From Clostridia bacterium (lineage in GTDB: Bacteria > Bacillota > Clostridia > TANB77 > UBA1234): a stretch of 64,000 bases of DNA. The notes below the pieces were generated by a model that was not told the DNA's origin, did no database searches, and saw only the letters and a list, made by a program, of their open reading frames with translations. The translations under genes were made by a program, and so were the position numbers. Of this stretch, positions 1-11,621 are shown piece by piece (the first letter of the stretch is position 1; each line of letters opens with the position of its first letter). The stretch spans positions 5,435 through 69,434 of the forward strand of contig JAFTQC010000049.1 of NCBI GenBank assembly GCA_017462965.1, given 5' to 3'.

Positions 1-369
1 AGTATTGAAAGATTTATTGGTATAATAACAGAACACTTTGCTGGAGCTTTCCCAATGTGGCTTTCTCCAGTTCAGGTAAAAATATTGCCAATTTCTACAG
101 AAAAACATGCTGAGTATGCAAATGCAGTGAAAACAAAATTAGAAGAGGCTGGATATAGAGTGGAACTAGATGATAGAAATGAAAAGATAGGATATAAGAT
201 AAGAGAAGCTCAAGTACAAAAGGTTCCATATATGCTAGTTGTAGGTGATAAAGAAAAAGAAGAGGGCACAGTTGGTGTAAGAAATAGAAAAGACGGCGAC
301 CTAGGTGCTATGGCATTAGAAGAGTTTATGAAAAAAATTGCAGAAGAAGTTGAAAATAAAAGTCTATAA
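1..369 (+). CDS. thrS: threonyl-tRNA synthetase, 3' part (partial)
   Basis: Frame open from base 1: SIERFIG..EHFAGAFPMWLSPVQV; anticodon-binding domain EKIGYKIREAQVQKVPY. Confidence 0.97.
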   Translation, partial: SIERFIGIITEHFAGAFPMWLSPVQVKILPISTEKHAEYANAVKTKLEEAGYRVELDDRNEKIGYKIREAQVQKVPYMLVVGDKEKEEGTVGVRNRKDGDLGAMALEEFMKKIAEEVENKSL

Positions 370-379
370 ATAAGAAATG

Positions 380-417
380 AGGCGGTTCCTAATTAAAGGG
401 AACCGTCTAAATTTTTT
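380..417 (+). terminator. hairpin after thrS (contains GGAACCGTC, related to the REP-like family)
   Basis: aggcggttcct / gggaaccgtct stem followed by a T-run. Confidence 0.55.
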
Positions 418-494
418 AAAAAAGATGGTAATAAATGTAAAAAATGTCGTTTGAAAATAATTAAAAAAATAATTTAAAAATTGATAAAAAAAGC

Positions 495-523
495 TTGCAT
501 TATACGGCAACAGTGATTATAAT
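495..523 (+). promoter_or_regulatory. sigma-A promoter of the S10 operon
   Basis: TTGCAT-N17-TATAAT. Confidence 0.75.
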
Positions 524-530
524 ATTAGAC

Positions 531-722
531 GATGCGATTGTGCGATGATGTGGAATGTGGCTGCCAATCTTACGGGCAGGGAACTTTCACGGAGTATGTC
601 CGATTTCAAACCGGGCGACAGGGTATTAGTTTAGCACTTTCCCCAGGGTTTTCCTGGGTTTTAATAAGGGTGAATATGAAACACCCGGGTGCGTGGATGA
701 CTTGTCAGCGCTAACATTTTTA
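531..722 (+). ncRNA. structured rpsJ 5' leader, probably an S10-Clostridia-type r-protein leader
   Basis: GC-rich ~190 nt island between promoter and RBS, with hairpins (cccagg-gtttt-cctggg, gggtg..caccc) and the tgtgcgatga...ggagtatgtcc...gggcgacaggg pattern. Confidence 0.65.
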
Positions 723-735
723 GGAGGTAAAAACA

Positions 736-1110
736 ATGCCAAAAGCAAACGAAAACAAAACAGAGAAAAAGACATCAAAGGTTACAACGACAGAAGTAGG
801 AAAAGAAAGAATTAGAATTAGACTAAAAGCTTTCGATCATGCTATTTTAGATCAGTCTGCTCAAAAAATAGTAGAAACGGCTAAAAGAACAGGAGCAAGC
901 GTATCTGGTCCAATTCCACTACCTACAAAGAAAGAAGTTATAACAATCTTAAGATCACCTCATAAATACAAAGACTCAAGAGAGCAATTTGAGATGAGAA
1001 CACATAAGAGAGTAATTGACATTCTTTATCCAACACCAAAAACAGCTGAAGCTTTGATGAAAATTGAGTTGCCAGCAGGTGTAGAAGCTGAAATGAAAAT
1101 TGATGAATAA
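736..1110 (+). CDS. rpsJ: 30S ribosomal protein S10 (N-terminal extension)
   Basis: [31 protein letters not shown]. Confidence 0.98.
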   Translation: MPKANENKTEKKTSKVTTTEVGKERIRIRLKAFDHAILDQSAQKIVETAKRTGASVSGPIPLPTKKEVITILRSPHKYKDSREQFEMRTHKRVIDILYPTPKTAEALMKIELPAGVEAEMKIDE

Positions 1111-1201
1111 TCAAACATTTTAGTTAGCAGAAAAAACGTATTTATAAAAATATGGTCATGTTCATGAAATATGAACCAATAACCAAGGAGGTAAATTTAA
1201 A

Positions 1202-1849
1202 ATGAAAAAAGGCGTTTACGGAAAAAAATTAGGAATGACTCAAATATATGATCAAGATGGTCTAGTTATTCCAGTAACAGTTGTAGAAGTTGAACCATGC
1301 CTAGTAGTTAGAAAGAAAACTGTAGAGACAGATGGTTACAATGCATTAGTTGTTGCAACTGGAAAAGTTAAAGAAAAACATATGAATAAACCTATTAAAG
1401 GTCAATTTGATAAAGTAAAACTTTCATATAGAAAATATGTAAGAGAATTAAGACTTGATGACATCGAAGGATACAATGTAGGCGATGAAATTAAAGCTGA
1501 CATTTTTGAAGCTGGTGAGCTAGTTGATGTTCAAGGCGTTTCAAAAGGAAAAGGATTCCAAGGCGTTATTAAGAGACACGGACAACATATTGGACCAAAA
1601 GGACATGGTTCTATGTATCACAGAAGACCAGGTTCTATGGGACCAACATCTTCACCAGGAAGAGTATTCCCTGGTAAGAAATTACCTGGACATACAGGAA
1701 AAGACACAGTAACTGTACAAAATTTACAAGTTGTAAAAGTTGATATGGACAAAGAAGTAATATTAATTAAAGGTTCAGTTCCTGGATATAAAAATTCATT
1801 AGTTAGAATCAAAGAAAATGCAAAAGCAGCTTCTAAGAGTTCTAAATAA
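1202..1849 (+). CDS. rplC: 50S ribosomal protein L3
   Basis: GKKLGMTQ..KGKGFQGVIKRH. Confidence 0.98.
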   Translation: MKKGVYGKKLGMTQIYDQDGLVIPVTVVEVEPCLVVRKKTVETDGYNALVVATGKVKEKHMNKPIKGQFDKVKLSYRKYVRELRLDDIEGYNVGDEIKADIFEAGELVDVQGVSKGKGFQGVIKRHGQHIGPKGHGSMYHRRPGSMGPTSSPGRVFPGKKLPGHTGKDTVTVQNLQVVKVDMDKEVILIKGSVPGYKNSLVRIKENAKAASKSSK

Positions 1850-1870
1850 TAGGGAAAGGAGAACATAACA

Positions 1871-2490
<620 letters not shown>

Positions 2491-2491
<1 letters not shown>

Positions 2492-2838
2492 TGGTAGCAG
2501 AAGATATAATTTTAAGACCTATTCTTACTGAAAAAAGTAGAGAAGCTATGGTAGCTGAAGGAAAGTACACTTTTGAAGTTAGTAAAAAAGCTACAAAAAT
2601 AGATATAAAAAATGCTGTTGAAAAATTATTTGACGTAAAAGTAGTAGATGTAAAAACAATGAACATGAGAGGAAAATTAAAAAGACAAGGTGTTCATGTT
2701 GGAAGAAGATCTGATTGGAAAAAATCAATTGTTACAATTGAAACAAATCCAGAAGCTTTCAAGTATACTGCAAAAGGCGGAAAAGAAGAAACAGTAAGTA
2801 AAAAATATAAAACATCAATCGAAGAATTTGGTATTTAG
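2491..2838 (+). CDS. rplW: 50S ribosomal protein L23 (extended C-terminus)
   Basis: PILTEKS..YTFEV..ATKIDIK.AVE.LF.VKV; synteny. Confidence 0.97.
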
Positions 2839-2929
2839 TTAGTAGGTACCCTGTATTATAGGTTTTAAGTGATGGGGGACTTTAAACCTGAAAAACAAAT
2901 ACCCCAAATCATAAGAAGGAGAAATAAAA

Positions 2930-3763
2930 ATGGGTATAAAACAATTTAAACCAGTTACACCATCTAGAAGAGGTATGACTGTTTCTACATTTGATGAAAT
3001 CACAAAAACAAAACCAGAAAGATCTTTAGTAACAAGCTTAAAGAAAAATGCTGGTAGAAACTCATATGGTAGAATCACAGTTAGACACCACGGTGGTGGA
3101 GCAAGAAGAAAATATAGAATAATAGATTTTAAAAGAAAGAAATTAGACGTTCCAGCAACAGTTGTTGCTATCGAATATGATCCAAACAGATCAGCTAATA
3201 TAGCTTTAATTCAATATGAAGATAATGAAAAAGCTTACATATTAGCTCCTGAAGGATTAAAAGTAAATGACAAAGTTATGTCAGGTGCTAATGCTGATAT
3301 TAAACCAGGTAACTGTTTACCAATTTCAGCAATTCCTGTAGGTACAGTTATCCACTGTATAGAATTAAAACCAGGTAAAGGTGCTCAAATGGTAAGAAGC
3401 GCTGGTAATGGTGCACAACTTATGGCTAAAGAAGGTAAATATGCACACGTAAGACTTCCATCAGGTGAAATGAGACTTGTTAGTGTTGAGTGTAAAGCCG
3501 CAATTGGACAAGTTGGAAATAGTGAACACGAAAACATTAAACTTGGTAAAGCAGGAAGAAGCAGATGGCTTGGTAAGAGACCAGAAGTTAGAGGTTCTGT
3601 AATGAATCCTAACGATCACCCACATGGTGGTGGTGAAGGTAAGTCTCCAGTTGGTAGACCAGGACCTGTTACACCTTGGGGTAAACCTGCTCTTGGATAC
3701 AAGACAAGAAACAACAAGAAAGCAAGCAGCAAGTTTATAGTAAAGAGAAGAAATTCTAAATAG
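2930..3763 (+). CDS. rplB: 50S ribosomal protein L2
   Basis: [17 protein letters not shown]. Confidence 0.99.
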   Translation: MGIKQFKPVTPSRRGMTVSTFDEITKTKPERSLVTSLKKNAGRNSYGRITVRHHGGGARRKYRIIDFKRKKLDVPATVVAIEYDPNRSANIALIQYEDNEKAYILAPEGLKVNDKVMSGANADIKPGNCLPISAIPVGTVIHCIELKPGKGAQMVRSAGNGAQLMAKEGKYAHVRLPSGEMRLVSVECKAAIGQVGNSEHENIKLGKAGRSRWLGKRPEVRGSVMNPNDHPHGGGEGKSPVGRPGPVTPWGKPALGYKTRNNKKASSKFIVKRRNSK

Positions 3764-3781
3764 TGTGAGGAGGATAAACAG

Positions 3782-4060
3782 ATGTCAAGATCAATAAAAA
3801 AAGGACCTTTTGTGGATGCTAGATTACTTTCAAGAATTGAAAAGATGAATGCTGAAAATAAAAAAGATGTTGTAAAAACATGGTCAAGAGCTTCAACAAT
3901 CTTCCCACAAATGGTAGGACATACAATAGCTGTACATGACGGAAGAAAACATGTACCAGTATACATTTCAGATGAAATGATAGGACATAAATTAGGTGAA
4001 TTTGTTCCAACAAGAACTTTTAAAGGTCATGCTGGAGATAAAACATCAAAGGTTAAATAA
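3782..4060 (+). CDS. rpsS: 30S ribosomal protein S19
   Basis: [17 protein letters not shown]. Confidence 0.99.
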   Translation: MSRSIKKGPFVDARLLSRIEKMNAENKKDVVKTWSRASTIFPQMVGHTIAVHDGRKHVPVYISDEMIGHKLGEFVPTRTFKGHAGDKTSKVK

Positions 4061-4083
4061 TTGATGGAAGGAGAAATCGTAAC

Positions 4084-4428
4084 ATGGAAAAAATCGAAGC
4101 TAGAGCTAAATTAAGCCATGCTAGAATATCTGCCAGAAAAGTTAAAATCGTTATCGATTTAATTAGAGGTAAAAATGTAAGCGAAGCATTGGCAATATTA
4201 AAATATACTCCAAAAGCTGCATCTCCATTAGTAGAAAAATTGTTAAAATCAGCTATAGCAAATGCTGAAAACAATCATAACATGGATGTTAGCAAATTAT
4301 ATGTTGCTGAGATATTCGCAAATCAAGGTGCAACAATGAAGAGAATTAGAGCTGCTACACAAGGTAGAGCTAATAGAATTAGAAAAAGAACTTCTCATAT
4401 TGAAATAGTTCTAAAAGAGAGAGATTAA
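4084..4428 (+). CDS. rplV: 50S ribosomal protein L22
   Basis: [24 protein letters not shown]. Confidence 0.98.
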   Translation: MEKIEARAKLSHARISARKVKIVIDLIRGKNVSEALAILKYTPKAASPLVEKLLKSAIANAENNHNMDVSKLYVAEIFANQGATMKRIRAATQGRANRIRKRTSHIEIVLKERD

Positions 4429-4449
4429 TAGGAAGGAGGACTTTTGTAA

Positions 4450-5109
4450 ATGGGACAAAAAATGGATCCACATGGTTTAAGAGTGGGAATTATAAAAGAC
4501 TGGGATTCTAAATGGTATGCAAATAAAAAAGATTTTGCTGATAACCTAGTTGAAGATTACGAAGTTCGTAAGTTTTTAAAGAAAGCATTTGCTATGGCAG
4601 GTGTATCTAAAGTTGAAATAGAAAGAACAGCAAAGTTAATCAGAGCTAATGTTTATACAGGTAAACCAGGTATTGCATTAGGTAAGAACGGTGAAACCGT
4701 AAATAAGGTTAGAGCTGATTTAACTAAAAAGTTCAAAAAAGATATAAATGTAAACATCGTTGAGGTTAAAAATCCAGATGTTGATGCGCAATTAGTTGCT
4801 GAAAACGTTGCAACTCAAATTGAAAAGAGAATTTCATATAGAAAAGCAATGAAACAATGTATGGCAAAAGCTATGAAAGCTGGTGCGCAAGGTATAAAAA
4901 CAGCTTGTTCAGGAAGACTTGCTGGTGCAGAAATCGCTAGAAGCGAATTCTATAGAGAGGGAACAATACCACTACAAACATTAAGAGCTGATATTGATTA
5001 TGGATTTGCTGAAGCAAATACAACATATGGAAAAATCGGTGTTAAAGTTTGGATATATAAAGGTGAAGTCCTTCCAGTGAAAAAAGAAGCTGAAGGAGGT
5101 AGAAAATAA
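4450..5109 (+). CDS. rpsC: 30S ribosomal protein S3
   Basis: [23 protein letters not shown]. Confidence 0.98.
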   Translation: MGQKMDPHGLRVGIIKDWDSKWYANKKDFADNLVEDYEVRKFLKKAFAMAGVSKVEIERTAKLIRANVYTGKPGIALGKNGETVNKVRADLTKKFKKDINVNIVEVKNPDVDAQLVAENVATQIEKRISYRKAMKQCMAKAMKAGAQGIKTACSGRLAGAEIARSEFYREGTIPLQTLRADIDYGFAEANTTYGKIGVKVWIYKGEVLPVKKEAEGGRK

Positions 5110-5549
5110 TGCCACTAATGCCAAAAAGATCAAAACATAGAAAAATGCAAAAAGGTAGAAATAGAGGTAAAGCAACAAGAGGAAATACAGTATCATACGG
5201 AGAGTTCGGATTACAAACAACTGAAGCTGGTTGGATTACATCTAACCAAATAGAAGCTGCCAGAATTGCAATGACTCGTTTTATTAAAAGAGGAGGTAAA
5301 GTTTGGATTAAAATATTCCCAGACAAACCTATAACAAAGAAACCTGCTGAAACTCGTATGGGTAGTGGTAAAGGTTCATTAGAATATTGGGTAGCAGTTG
5401 TAAAACCAGGAAGAGTAATGTTTGAAATGGCTGGAGTAACTGAAGAAGTTGCTAGAGAAGCTTTCAGACTTGCAGCTCACAAACTTCCTGTAAAAACAAA
5501 GTTTATCTACGCTGAAAAAGATGAAGGTGGTGAAGACGATGAAGGCTAA
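5109..5549 (+). CDS. rplP: 50S ribosomal protein L16
   Basis: [12 protein letters not shown]. Confidence 0.98.
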   Translation: MPLMPKRSKHRKMQKGRNRGKATRGNTVSYGEFGLQTTEAGWITSNQIEAARIAMTRFIKRGGKVWIKIFPDKPITKKPAETRMGSGKGSLEYWVAVVKPGRVMFEMAGVTEEVAREAFRLAAHKLPVKTKFIYAEKDEGGEDDEG

Positions 5550-5739
5550 TGAATATAGAAAAATGACTTCATCGGATTTAGAAAAAGAATTAGGAGAATT
5601 AAAGTCTGAATTATTTAAATTAAGATTTCAATTAACTCTAAATGGATTAGAGAATCCGATGAAAATTAAAACAACAAAAAGAGATATTGCTAGAATAAAA
5701 ACAATTCTTAGAGAAAAAGAATTAAATGAAGCTGAATAA
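5539..5739 (+). CDS. rpmC: 50S ribosomal protein L29
   Basis: [16 protein letters not shown]; ATG 5539 follows an AAGGTGGTG RBS. Confidence 0.95.
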   Translation: MKANEYRKMTSSDLEKELGELKSELFKLRFQLTLNGLENPMKIKTTKRDIARIKTILREKELNEAE

Positions 5740-5771
5740 AGTTTAGATTATCCTAAGAAAGGAGAAAGAAG

Positions 5772-6032
5772 ATGTCTGAAGAAAGAGCTTTAAGAAAAAC
5801 AAGAGTTGGTAAGGTTGTAAGTGACAAAATGGATAAAACAATAGTTGTTGCTGTTCAAACAAGTTACAAACATCCTTTATATGGAAAAACAATGAAAAGA
5901 ACATTCAAATTAAAAGCTCATGATGAGAATAATGAATGTCAAATTGGAGATACAGTAAAAGTTATGGAAACAAGACCATTATCAAGAGATAAGAGATGGA
6001 GATTAGTTGAAATAGTAGAAAAAGTTAAATAA
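5772..6032 (+). CDS. rpsQ: 30S ribosomal protein S17
   Basis: [20 protein letters not shown]. Confidence 0.98.
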   Translation: MSEERALRKTRVGKVVSDKMDKTIVVAVQTSYKHPLYGKTMKRTFKLKAHDENNECQIGDTVKVMETRPLSRDKRWRLVEIVEKVK

Positions 6033-6134
6033 TCTATATTTCAATAAAAATGTTTCGGAATTTTGCTAAATAGAAATAAATAATGTAGGTCCTTAGAGGT
6101 AAGGATAGATGCATTTGAAAGGAGAAATAATAAA

Positions 6135-6503
6135 ATGATACAACAACAATCAAGACTTAGAGTTGCAGATAATACTGGTGCTAAAGAATTAATGTGTATC
6201 AGATGCTTAGGTGGTTCTTTTAGAAAAACAGCAAACATAGGTGATGTTATAATTGCTTCTGTAAAAAGTGCTGCACCTGGCGGAATGGTAAAAAAGGGTG
6301 ACGTTGTTAAGGCTGTTATCGTAAGAAGCAAAAGAGGTATTCAAAGACCAGACGGTTCTTACATTAGATTTGATGAGAATGCAGCTGTTATTATAAAAGA
6401 TGACAAGAGTCCAAGAGGTACTCGTATATTTGGGCCTGTTGCAAGAGAACTAAGAGATAGAGAATATATGAAAATAGTTTCACTTGCTCCAGAAGTTCTA
6501 TAA
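6135..6503 (+). CDS. rplN: 50S ribosomal protein L14
   Basis: [21 protein letters not shown]. Confidence 0.99.
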   Translation: MIQQQSRLRVADNTGAKELMCIRCLGGSFRKTANIGDVIIASVKSAAPGGMVKKGDVVKAVIVRSKRGIQRPDGSYIRFDENAAVIIKDDKSPRGTRIFGPVARELRDREYMKIVSLAPEVL

Positions 6504-6577
6504 TATATTTGCTTGGAAATATTCAAGATTAAATAAAAAGCAGAGAGAAATAATCCGAGAGGTAGGTGTAAAAATAA

Positions 6578-6898
6578 ATGAGTAACATGCACGTTAAAAA
6601 AGACGATGTTGTAGTAGTAAACTCAGGAGCAGATAAAGGCAAAAAAGGTAAAGTGCTTGAAGTTATGCCAAAAAACAACAAAGTAGTTGTTGAAGGTGTA
6701 AATATCAGAACAAAACACACTAAACCAAGAAAAGCTGGAGAAGAAGGCGGTCTTGTAAAGAGAGAGTGTGCAGTTGATGCTTCAAAAGTTAATTTATATT
6801 GCTCAAAATGTAAAGCTCCAAGAAGAGCGAAAGCAGAAATAAAGAAAGATGGCACAAAAATTAGAGTTTGTGTTAAATGTGGAGAAGAAATTAAGTAA
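6578..6898 (+). CDS. rplX: 50S ribosomal protein L24
   Basis: KOW motif GADKGKKGKV..VVVEGVN. Confidence 0.98.
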   Translation: MSNMHVKKDDVVVVNSGADKGKKGKVLEVMPKNNKVVVEGVNIRTKHTKPRKAGEEGGLVKRECAVDASKVNLYCSKCKAPRRAKAEIKKDGTKIRVCVKCGEEIK

Positions 6899-6916
6899 GA
6901 AAGGAGGTAATTTCTA

Positions 6917-7456
6917 ATGTCAAGTTTAAAAGAAAAATATAAGAGTGAAGTAGTTCCAGAATTAATGAAAAAATTCAATTATACATCAGTAATGCAAGTT
7001 CCAAAGCTAGAGAAAATAGTAATCAATATGGGAGTTAGCGATGTTCGTGATAACGCTAAAGCTTTAGAAAATGCTATGAGAGATTTAAGCATAATTACAG
7101 GACAAAAAGTTGTATCAACTAAAGCGAAAAAATCAATTGCTGGATTCAAAATTAGAGAAGGAATGGAAATTGGTTGCAAAGTAACTTTAAGAAACATTAA
7201 AATGTATGATTTTGCTGAAAAATTATTTGCAGTTGCACTTCCAAGAGTTAGAGATTTTAGAGGGTTATCTCCAAATTCTTTCGATGGAAGAGGAAATTAC
7301 TCAATGGGAGTAAAAGAACAATTAATATTCCCTGAAATCGAATATGATAAAATTGATAAAATCAGAGGAATGGATATAATTTTCGTTACAACAGCAAATA
7401 CAGACGAAGAGGCAAAAGAGTTATTAAGACTTCTTGGTATGCCATTTTCAAAATAA
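6917..7456 (+). CDS. rplE: 50S ribosomal protein L5
   Basis: [17 protein letters not shown]. Confidence 0.99.
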   Translation: MSSLKEKYKSEVVPELMKKFNYTSVMQVPKLEKIVINMGVSDVRDNAKALENAMRDLSIITGQKVVSTKAKKSIAGFKIREGMEIGCKVTLRNIKMYDFAEKLFAVALPRVRDFRGLSPNSFDGRGNYSMGVKEQLIFPEIEYDKIDKIRGMDIIFVTTANTDEEAKELLRLLGMPFSK

Positions 7457-7467
7457 GGAGGTAAACC

Positions 7468-7653
7468 ATGGCAAAAAAATCTATGATTGCAAAACAAAAA
7501 CTAGCTCCAAAATTCAGCACAAGATATTACAACAGATGTAAAATTTGTGGAAGACCACATGCTTACATTCGTAAATTTGGAATATGCAGAATTTGTTTTA
7601 GAGAATTAGCTCACAAGGGTCAAATACCAGGTGTAAAGAAAGCAAGTTGGTAA
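7468..7653 (+). CDS. rpsN: 30S ribosomal protein S14, zinc-binding type Z
   Basis: [18 protein letters not shown]. Confidence 0.98.
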   Translation: MAKKSMIAKQKLAPKFSTRYYNRCKICGRPHAYIRKFGICRICFRELAHKGQIPGVKKASW

Positions 7654-7805
7654 TATAAACTCTTGGGCTTATATATCAGCAAAAAAGTGATTGCTAGAGC
7701 ATTAGAGATTAGATATTAGGTGCTCTATAGGGTCAAATATATATTGTAAGAAATAGAGAATTTAGTCTCTAATTTCTAAAATCTAGAATGAAAGGAGTAC
7801 GTTAA

Positions 7806-8201
7806 ATGAACATTACTGATCCAATAGCAGATATGCTAACAAGAATTAGAAATGCAAATACACAAAGACATGAAACAGTTGATGTACCTTCATCAAAATT
7901 AAAGAAATCAATAGCTGAAATCTTATTGAATGAAGGATATATTAAATCTTTTGAAGAAATAGAAGATAATGCACAAGGTATTATAAGAATAACTTTAAAA
8001 TATGTTAACAAACAAAAAGTTATTACTGGTTTAAAAAGAATTAGTAAACCAGGTCTTAGAGTATATGCTACAAAAGACGAGTTGCCAAAAGTATTAGGTG
8101 GACTTGGTATAGCATTAATCTCTACATCAAAAGGAATAATGACTGACAAGAATGCTCGTAAAGAAGGTATCGGAGGAGAAGTTCTTGCATTCGTTTGGTA
8201 G
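7806..8201 (+). CDS. rpsH: 30S ribosomal protein S8
   Basis: [22 protein letters not shown]. Confidence 0.99.
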   Translation: MNITDPIADMLTRIRNANTQRHETVDVPSSKLKKSIAEILLNEGYIKSFEEIEDNAQGIIRITLKYVNKQKVITGLKRISKPGLRVYATKDELPKVLGGLGIALISTSKGIMTDKNARKEGIGGEVLAFVW

Positions 8202-8243
8202 TAAACGATGAAATAACATATTTTAAAGAAAGGAGTAATTAAA

Positions 8244-8783
8244 ATGTCTAGAATAGGAAAACAACCTATAACAGTACCTGCAGGTGTTGAAGTCAAAATC
8301 GAAGAAGGAAATGTTGTAACTGTAAAAGGACCAAAAGGAACTTTAACAAGAACATTACATAAAGATATGATTATCAATAATAAAAATGCAGGAGTTATAA
8401 CAATTGAACTTAAAGATGAAAGCCAAAACGCATTACAAGGTTTAACAAGAACACTTTTAAATAACATGATTGTTGGTGTTACAGAAGGATTCAAAAAAGA
8501 ACTTGAAATTAATGGTGTTGGTTACAGAGTTCAAAAACAAGGTAACAAATTAGTTATGAACATGGGATTTTCTCATACTGTAGAGTTTGAAGATAGAGGA
8601 GATACAAAAATAGAAGCTCCATCTCAAACAAGTATAATTGTTACAGGCCCAGATAAAGAAGCTGTAGGACAACTTGCAGCAGAAATTAGAAAAGTTAGAC
8701 CACCAGAGCCATACAAAGGTAAAGGTATTAAATATATTGATGAAAGAATAATTAGAAAAGAAGGAAAAATGGGCAAAAAATAG
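8244..8783 (+). CDS. rplF: 50S ribosomal protein L6
   Basis: MSRIGK..PEPYKGKGI. Confidence 0.99.
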   Translation: MSRIGKQPITVPAGVEVKIEEGNVVTVKGPKGTLTRTLHKDMIINNKNAGVITIELKDESQNALQGLTRTLLNNMIVGVTEGFKKELEINGVGYRVQKQGNKLVMNMGFSHTVEFEDRGDTKIEAPSQTSIIVTGPDKEAVGQLAAEIRKVRPPEPYKGKGIKYIDERIIRKEGKMGKK

Positions 8784-8827
8784 TTCTAAGTAAGGACTAA
8801 AGAACATTTAGAAGGGAGAGAAAATAG

Positions 8828-9187
8828 GTGATTAACAAACAATCTAAAAATGAAACAAGATTAGTTAGACATGCTAGAGTTCGTAAAAAAATTAGTGGAA
8901 CTCCAGAACGTCCAAGACTAAGTGTATATAAGAGCTTAAAAGGTATCTATGCTCAAATAATAGATGATGTTAATGGAAAAACTTTAGCTGCTGCTTCAAC
9001 ATTAGATAAAGAAGTAAAAACAAAAGCTAGCAACATTGAAGCTGCTAAAGAAGTTGGAGCATTAGTTGCTAAGAGAGCTGCTAAAGCTGGTATTAAAGCT
9101 ATTGTATTTGACAGAGGTGGATACTTGTATCACGGAAAAGTTAAAGCATTAGCTGAAGCTGCACGTGAAGGTGGATTAGAATTTTAA
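8828..9187 (+). CDS. rplR: 50S ribosomal protein L18 (GTG start)
   Basis: [20 protein letters not shown]. Confidence 0.98.
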   Translation: MINKQSKNETRLVRHARVRKKISGTPERPRLSVYKSLKGIYAQIIDDVNGKTLAAASTLDKEVKTKASNIEAAKEVGALVAKRAAKAGIKAIVFDRGGYLYHGKVKALAEAAREGGLEF

Positions 9188-9205
9188 TCGAAAGGAGTAA
9201 ATAAA

Positions 9206-9697
9206 ATGATAGATGCAAGCACATTAGATCTTCAAGAGAAAGTTGTTGCAATTAACAGAGTTGCTAAAGTTGTTAAAGGTGGTAGAACTTTTAGATTTAG
9301 CGCACTAGTTGTTGTTGGAGATGGTGCTGGACATGTTGGCGTAGGTAACGGAAAAGCTGCCGAAGTTCCAGATGCTATAAAGAAAGCAATTGAAGATGCT
9401 AAAAAGAATATGGTTGAAGTTCCAATAGTTAACGATACTATTCCACACGAATTAATTGGTAACTTTGGTTCTGGTAAAGTTTTATTAAAACCAGCCGGTG
9501 AAGGTACTGGACTTATCGCTGGTGGTGCTGCTAGATCAGTATTAGAACTTGCAGGATATAAAAACATTAGAACAAAGAATTTAGGTTCAAATAATCCTAG
9601 AAATGCTGTTTATGCTACATTAAAAGCTCTTTCAGAAATGAAAACAGTTGAAATGGTTGCAGCATTAAGAGGAAAAAAAGTAGAAGAAATTTTATAA
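9206..9697 (+). CDS. rpsE: 30S ribosomal protein S5
   Basis: [23 protein letters not shown]. Confidence 0.99.
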   Translation: MIDASTLDLQEKVVAINRVAKVVKGGRTFRFSALVVVGDGAGHVGVGNGKAAEVPDAIKKAIEDAKKNMVEVPIVNDTIPHELIGNFGSGKVLLKPAGEGTGLIAGGAARSVLELAGYKNIRTKNLGSNNPRNAVYATLKALSEMKTVEMVAALRGKKVEEIL

Positions 9698-9732
9698 ATT
9701 ATAAATAAAGTTAATAAAAGGGAGGTGCAGAA

Positions 9733-10176
9733 ATGAAACTTGATGAATTAAGACCAGCACCTGGTTCAAAAACAACTAGAAAAAGAGTTGGTAGAGGTAT
9801 TGGTTCTGGATTAGGTAAGACTGCAGGAAAAGGTCATAAAGGACAAAATGCTAGAAGCGGTGGTGGAGTAAGACCAGGCTTCGAAGGTGGTCAAATGCCT
9901 TTATTTAGAAGAATTCCAAAAAGAGGATTTAATAATAGAAATTCTAAAGTGTACACAGAAGTTACATTAGCTATGCTTGAAGAGAAACTTGAAAAAGGAT
10001 CTGAAGTTACAGCTGAATCACTTCTAGAACTAGGTATAATTAAGAAAATTAATGATGGAATAGTTATTTTAGGTAATGGAGAATTAACTAAAAAATTAAA
10101 CGTAAAAGCAGCTAGAGTTACTAAGACAGCTGAAGAAAAAATCAAAGCTGCTGGCGGAAAGGTTGAGGTGATATAG
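9733..10176 (+). CDS. rplO: 50S ribosomal protein L15
   Basis: [21 protein letters not shown]. Confidence 0.99.
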   Translation: MKLDELRPAPGSKTTRKRVGRGIGSGLGKTAGKGHKGQNARSGGGVRPGFEGGQMPLFRRIPKRGFNNRNSKVYTEVTLAMLEEKLEKGSEVTAESLLELGIIKKINDGIVILGNGELTKKLNVKAARVTKTAEEKIKAAGGKVEVI

Positions 10177-11529
10177 TTGTTTAAAACACTATTTAACGCT
10201 TGGAAAGTTCCTGAATTAAGAAAAAAGATATTATATACGTTATTATTGTTGGCAATATTCAGATTTGGTTGTGTTGTTACAGCACCTGGTATATATGTTG
10301 AAAACTTACAACTAATAATGAATCATAATACGAATTCAATTATGAATACAGTTGATATAATTACTGGTGGAGCATTTTCATCATTCTCAATCTTTGCTCT
10401 TTCAATTAGTCCTTATATCACGGCGTCAATTATATTACAGCTTTTAACTTTCGCGATTCCTGCCTTAGAAGAAATATCAAAAGAAGGCGAAAATGGCAGA
10501 AAAAGAATTTCTCAATATACAAGATATACAGCAGTTGTTTTAGCAGCAATTGAAGCTTTTGGTATATATATGATGTATAGAGGAACAGGGTTCCACTTTA
10601 TAAATGCACCATTGACACCGTTAGTTTTCATATTATCATTAACATGTGGTTCTACATTGTTGATGTGGGTTGCTGAACAATTGTCAAGCAAGGGAATTGG
10701 AAATGGTACTTCGTTATTAATTTTTGCTGGTATCATTTCAAGATTACCAGAAGCTGCTAAATATTTATATGATGTAGCGCTTGATAAAGGTGTTGTCGGA
10801 GTATTGATAGCTCTAGGAGTAATTATTGGTGCGATATTACTTATTGCAGGTGTTGTTTGGGTAACTGAAGCAGAAAGAAGAATTCCTGTTCAATATGCAA
10901 AGAGAGTTGTTGGAAGAAAAATGTATGGTGGACAAAGTACACATATTCCAATGAAACTTTCAATGGCAGGTGTTATGCCAGTTATCTTTGCAATGTCATT
11001 TATGCAATTACCAGCAATGATAATGCAATTGATAAATCATGATATAGCTACAAGTACAGGATTTGTTGCAGGATTATATAAAGTTTTTGCTTTTACATCT
11101 TTACAAACAACTGGTTTGTGGAATGCCGAAACAAGTACATTTAACTGGGATGTATTAGGATTTGGTTTGTTACATATGTTGATATATGTATTATTAATCG
11201 TAGGATTTACATTCTTCTATACATTATTTATGGCTTTCAATCCAACAGAAGTTTCAAATAATTTGAAGAAGAATGGTGGTTTTATACCAGGAATTAGATC
11301 TGGAAAACCAACATCTGATTATTTAGAATCAGTTCTAACAAGCATTACTACTTTTGGATCTGTATTTTTAGCGATTATCGCAGTATTGCCTATACTTGCA
11401 CAATTTGCAGGTCTTCAAATTTCATTTGGAGGAACCGCTATATTGATTGTTGTAGGTGTTGCATTAGAATCTGTAAAACAATTAGAGTCTCAAATGTTGA
11501 CAAGACATTATAAAGGATTCTTAGATTAA
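10177..11529 (+). CDS. secY: preprotein translocase SecY (TTG start)
   Basis: PYITASII.QLL, GIGNGTS, FIPGIRSG, FGGT; multiple TM segments. Confidence 0.98.
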   Translation: MFKTLFNAWKVPELRKKILYTLLLLAIFRFGCVVTAPGIYVENLQLIMNHNTNSIMNTVDIITGGAFSSFSIFALSISPYITASIILQLLTFAIPALEEISKEGENGRKRISQYTRYTAVVLAAIEAFGIYMMYRGTGFHFINAPLTPLVFILSLTCGSTLLMWVAEQLSSKGIGNGTSLLIFAGIISRLPEAAKYLYDVALDKGVVGVLIALGVIIGAILLIAGVVWVTEAERRIPVQYAKRVVGRKMYGGQSTHIPMKLSMAGVMPVIFAMSFMQLPAMIMQLINHDIATSTGFVAGLYKVFAFTSLQTTGLWNAETSTFNWDVLGFGLLHMLIYVLLIVGFTFFYTLFMAFNPTEVSNNLKKNGGFIPGIRSGKPTSDYLESVLTSITTFGSVFLAIIAVLPILAQFAGLQISFGGTAILIVVGVALESVKQLESQMLTRHYKGFLD

Positions 11530-11530
11530 T

Positions 11531-11571
11531 AAAAATAAAAGCTTCACAATGATGTGAGGCTTTTATTTTTT
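11531..11571 (+). terminator. intrinsic terminator after secY
   Basis: aaaataaaagcttcaca-atga-tgtgaggcttttattttt. Confidence 0.8.
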
Positions 11572-11572
11572 A

Positions 11573-11601
11573 TTGATAATAACAGAGACATGTAGTATAC
11601 T
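11573..11601 (+). promoter_or_regulatory. sigma-A promoter for SG-repeat gene-adk-map
   Basis: TTGATA-N17-TATACT. Confidence 0.65.
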
Positions 11602-11621
11602 ATCATTTGTAGAAAAGGAGG

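Noticed and set aside
532-714. 60-aa ORF upstream of rpsJ
   Set aside because: No RBS, begins at the predicted TSS and coincides with the structured S10 leader RNA.
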